Below, piece by piece: positions 61,271-64,000 of a stretch of DNA of 64,000 nt (position 1 is the stretch's first letter; every line of letters starts with the position of its first letter). A program made the translations under genes and the position numbers. Source of the stretch: an uncultured Chloroflexia bacterium (lineage in GTDB: Bacteria; Chloroflexota; Limnocylindria; Limnocylindrales; CSP1-4); assembly GCA_963766735.1 (NCBI GenBank), contig CAVYBU010000021.1:1-64000 (forward strand). The letters run 5' to 3'. The notes beneath the pieces were generated by a model. That model was not told the DNA's origin and made no database searches. It saw only the letters and a program-made list of their open reading frames with translations.

Positions 61271-62216
61271 TCAGGCCGCGCTGGGTGCCGGGAGCGGCGC
61301 GCCCCGCCTGGCCCACCGGGGACGGCTCGTGCCGGAACATCCGCCACGCCGCCAGGAGCACGGCCCCGAAGCCGAACAGGGTGGCGATCGCGGACACGAA
61401 CGGGAGGATCCCGGCGACGGCGAGGACGATGACGCCCAGCACCGCGGCCAGGTAGGGACGGCCCGGCTCGGCGGCGCCGCGCATCCGGGTGACCATCCAG
61501 TCGCCGATCCAGATCGCGGCCACGATCCAGGCGAGGAATGCGACGGCCGGCAGCACGATGAAGAACATGCCCAGGCCGATCGGCGCGCCGACGACCGTGA
61601 TGATCGAGAGGACCGCCAGCAGCGGCAGGACGATCGACCCGAGGATGCCGGCGATGAGGACGGGGCCGGGCTCACGGCGGATGAGCGCCCCGGTCTCGCG
61701 GACCTGTCGCGCGCCCAGGGCGGCAACCAGCAGCGCCGCCGCGATCGTCGCAATCCCCATGCCGATGAACAGCAGGATGAAGAGGGGGATCAGCAGCGCG
61801 GCGAACGCCCCGGCAAACGCCACGAAGTCACCGTCCATGGCCCGCACGGACCCCGCGACCGTAGCGCCGGACTGCTGCGACACCGACCCGTCGAGGGTGC
61901 GGACGTCACCCAGCACGGTGGTCCCGGCCTGCAGATCGGCAGTGCCATTCACCACCACCAGGGTCCCGGTCGTGGCGCCGGCGAGCGTCGCGGTACCCCG
62001 GACCACGACGATCGTTTCGACGTCGCCGCTGATCCGGGCGTCCCCGCCGACGACGACGAGGGTGTCAAGGTGGTCGCCGGCCGGGATGTCGACGCTGCGG
62101 TTGACCGCAACGAGGACGCTGTCCGTGTTGCGGAGTGGTTCGGCGGCGAGGGCGACGGGAGCGCCGAGGCCGAGGAGGAACGCGGCCGTGGCCACGATGA
62201 GGATCAGGCGTTGCAT
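61271..62216 (-). CDS. Signal peptide, beta-helix (bactofilin-like) region and multi-TM membrane domain (probable frameshift at ~61303)
   Basis: VVVGGDARISGDV-type repeats, then hydrophobic helices (ITVVGAPIG); the likely stop at 61271 is in an alternate frame. Confidence 0.75.
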
Positions 62217-62438
62217 CGGAGTCCCCTTTGTCCCTGTGTCGCGTATCGACTGGTTCGTCCGCGCCGTCGAGGGCCTTTGGTGGCCGATTGGGCGGAGCGC
62301 GGCGACATGCATGACGCTACCGGCCGGGCACCCCGCGTCCAAGCCGGGCACCCGGCGTCTTGGGGGTGGGGGAATCCCCAGTGCCTCCCCGGCGGTACCG
62401 GACACCCTCCCCGGTGATCACCCGTAGACTGCGCCGTC

Positions 62439-62719
62439 ATGGACGACCGCCAAGACGCCGCCGCAATCGACTCCCTGGGCCACGCCATCCGCACGGTCCT
62501 GCCCTCCCTGGAGCGATTCCTCGAATTCGAGGGGCAGGATCCCGCCAGGCAGCGGGCGCGCTGGCGCCCCGCCCTGGACCGCCCGCTGCCCACCACAGGC
62601 ATCGGACGCGACGCGACGCTGGCGGAGCTCGCGGACCTGGTGATCGCGCGCTGAGCGACGCCGACGCACTGGTCGACGAGGTGCTCACGATGGGCCGGGA
62701 GCTGACGGCAGGCGCCTGA
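62439..62719 (+). pseudogene. Remnant of a group II PLP decarboxylase-like gene (N- and C-termini only)
   Basis: LDRPLPTTGIGRDATLAELADLV resembles the family start; DADALVDEVLTMGREL* in another frame resembles its end. Confidence 0.6.
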
Positions 62720-62882
62720 CCTCGCCGCCACCCGACTCCCGCCTTCCGGCATCCGGCCCGCCGCCCGTTCCCACGCACCGCGGTTCTGTATCGTTCATCC
62801 TGAACCGGCTGCGCCCAGGCAGCACCTGACTCCGTGATCACGGCCCGGCAGCTCGCGCACCCCGGGCCGGAAGGAGACCTTC

Positions 62883-64000
62883 ATGCCGCAGGCACAACGA
62901 GTCGTCGACATCCTCGCGGGCTCACCCGCCGTCGGTGAGCGCGCGACCGTCCAGGGCTGGATCCGGACGCGGCGCGATTCGAAGGCCGGCCTCTCGTTCC
63001 TCGCGGTCCACGACGGGTCCTGCTTCGACGCCCTCCAGGTCGTGGCGCCGGCGACGATCGGCAACTACAACGACGAGATCCTGCACCTGACAGCCGGCTG
63101 TGCCGTCACCGTCACGGGCACGGTCGCCGCCTCCCAGGGCAAGGGCCAGTCCGTCGAGATCCTGGCCGACTCGGTCACCGTTGTCGGGTGGGTGGACGAC
63201 CCGGAGACCTACCCGATCTCGCCCAAGCATCACAGCTTCGAGTACCTCCGTGAGGTCGGTCACCTGCGGGCACGGACCAACACGTTCGGCGCGGTCGCCC
63301 GGGTCCGGCATGCGCTGGCCATGGCGATCCACCGCTACTTCGACGAGCACGGCTTCTACTGGATCCACACCCCGATCATCACGGCCAGCGATGCCGAGGG
63401 CGCCGGCGAGCTGTTCCGCGTCTCGACGCTGGACCTTGCCAATCTCCCGCGCACTCCCGAGGGCGGGATCGACTACTCGCAGGACTTCTTCGGCAAGCCC
63501 GCCTTCCTCACCGTCTCGGGCCAGCTCAACATCGAGTCGTACTGCCTGGCGCTCACGAACGTCTACACCTTCGGACCCACCTTCCGGGCCGAGAACTCGA
63601 ACACCAGCCGCCATCTCTCCGAGTTCTGGATGGTGGAACCGGAGATCGCGTTCGCGGACATCTCGGACAACGCCGACCTGGCCGAGAACCTGCTCCGGTA
63701 CAGCTTCCGCGCGATCCTGGACGAGTGCGCCGACGACATGGCGTTCTTCGCGGACCGGATCGACAAGGAGGCGGTCACCCGGCTGGAGGGCCTGGTCAAC
63801 TCGGACTTCGTGCGCATGGAGTACACGGAGGCGATCAGCGTCCTGGAGCGTGCCGGCCGCTCGTGGGAGTTCCCGGTGGAGTGGGGCGTCGCCCTGCAGG
63901 CCGAGCACGAGCGCTACCTGTGCGAGGAGTACGCGAAGCGGCCGGTGGTGGTCATCAACTACCCCAAGGAGATCAAGGCGTTCTACATGCGCCTCAACGA
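62883..64000 (+). CDS. asnS: Asparagine--tRNA ligase (runs off the window)
   Basis: AAGGAG RBS; [35 protein letters not shown] and [24 protein letters not shown]. Confidence 0.97.
   Translation, partial: MPQAQRVVDILAGSPAVGERATVQGWIRTRRDSKAGLSFLAVHDGSCFDALQVVAPATIGNYNDEILHLTAGCAVTVTGTVAASQGKGQSVEILADSVTVVGWVDDPETYPISPKHHSFEYLREVGHLRARTNTFGAVARVRHALAMAIHRYFDEHGFYWIHTPIITASDAEGAGELFRVSTLDLANLPRTPEGGIDYSQDFFGKPAFLTVSGQLNIESYCLALTNVYTFGPTFRAENSNTSRHLSEFWMVEPEIAFADISDNADLAENLLRYSFRAILDECADDMAFFADRIDKEAVTRLEGLVNSDFVRMEYTEAISVLERAGRSWEFPVEWGVALQAEHERYLCEEYAKRPVVVINYPKEIKAFYMRLN

Overview
This is a very GC-rich bacterial chromosomal window. Gene content and the leaderless-promoter style suggest Chloroflexota, possibly Limnocylindria-like (inference). 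It holds about 60 genes. Metabolic genes include an aromatic/acyl-CoA catabolic cluster, an A-type Fe-S carrier, PLP enzymes, pntA1-pntA2-pntB, and a NuoF-like protein with a ferredoxin. Others include a TetR-controlled giant MMPL-YhgE/Pip fusion, a PadR cluster, an ATP-dependent DNA ligase, an orphan DNA methyltransferase, a large LuxR/AAA regulator, AlaX, transporters and the 5' part of asnS. I saw no integrase, transposase or CRISPR array. The most notable signals are: (1) an unassigned ~345-nt multi-helix non-coding region between pntB and an AAA_28 gene; (2) a tRNA-Ile with the rare UAU anticodon; (3) a 1.86-kb integrase-less islet bracketed by two versions of the alaX 3' end with an 86-bp identical core; (4) the MMPL-Pip fusion with a triple operator; (5) pervasive leaderless genes, including a 26-bp bidirectional promoter; (6) several proteins with substituted catalytic residues; and (7) genes collapsed by internal deletion. 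About ten +1 frameshifts in short G/C runs are most likely sequencing errors. All family calls come from motif recognition by eye; no searches were run.
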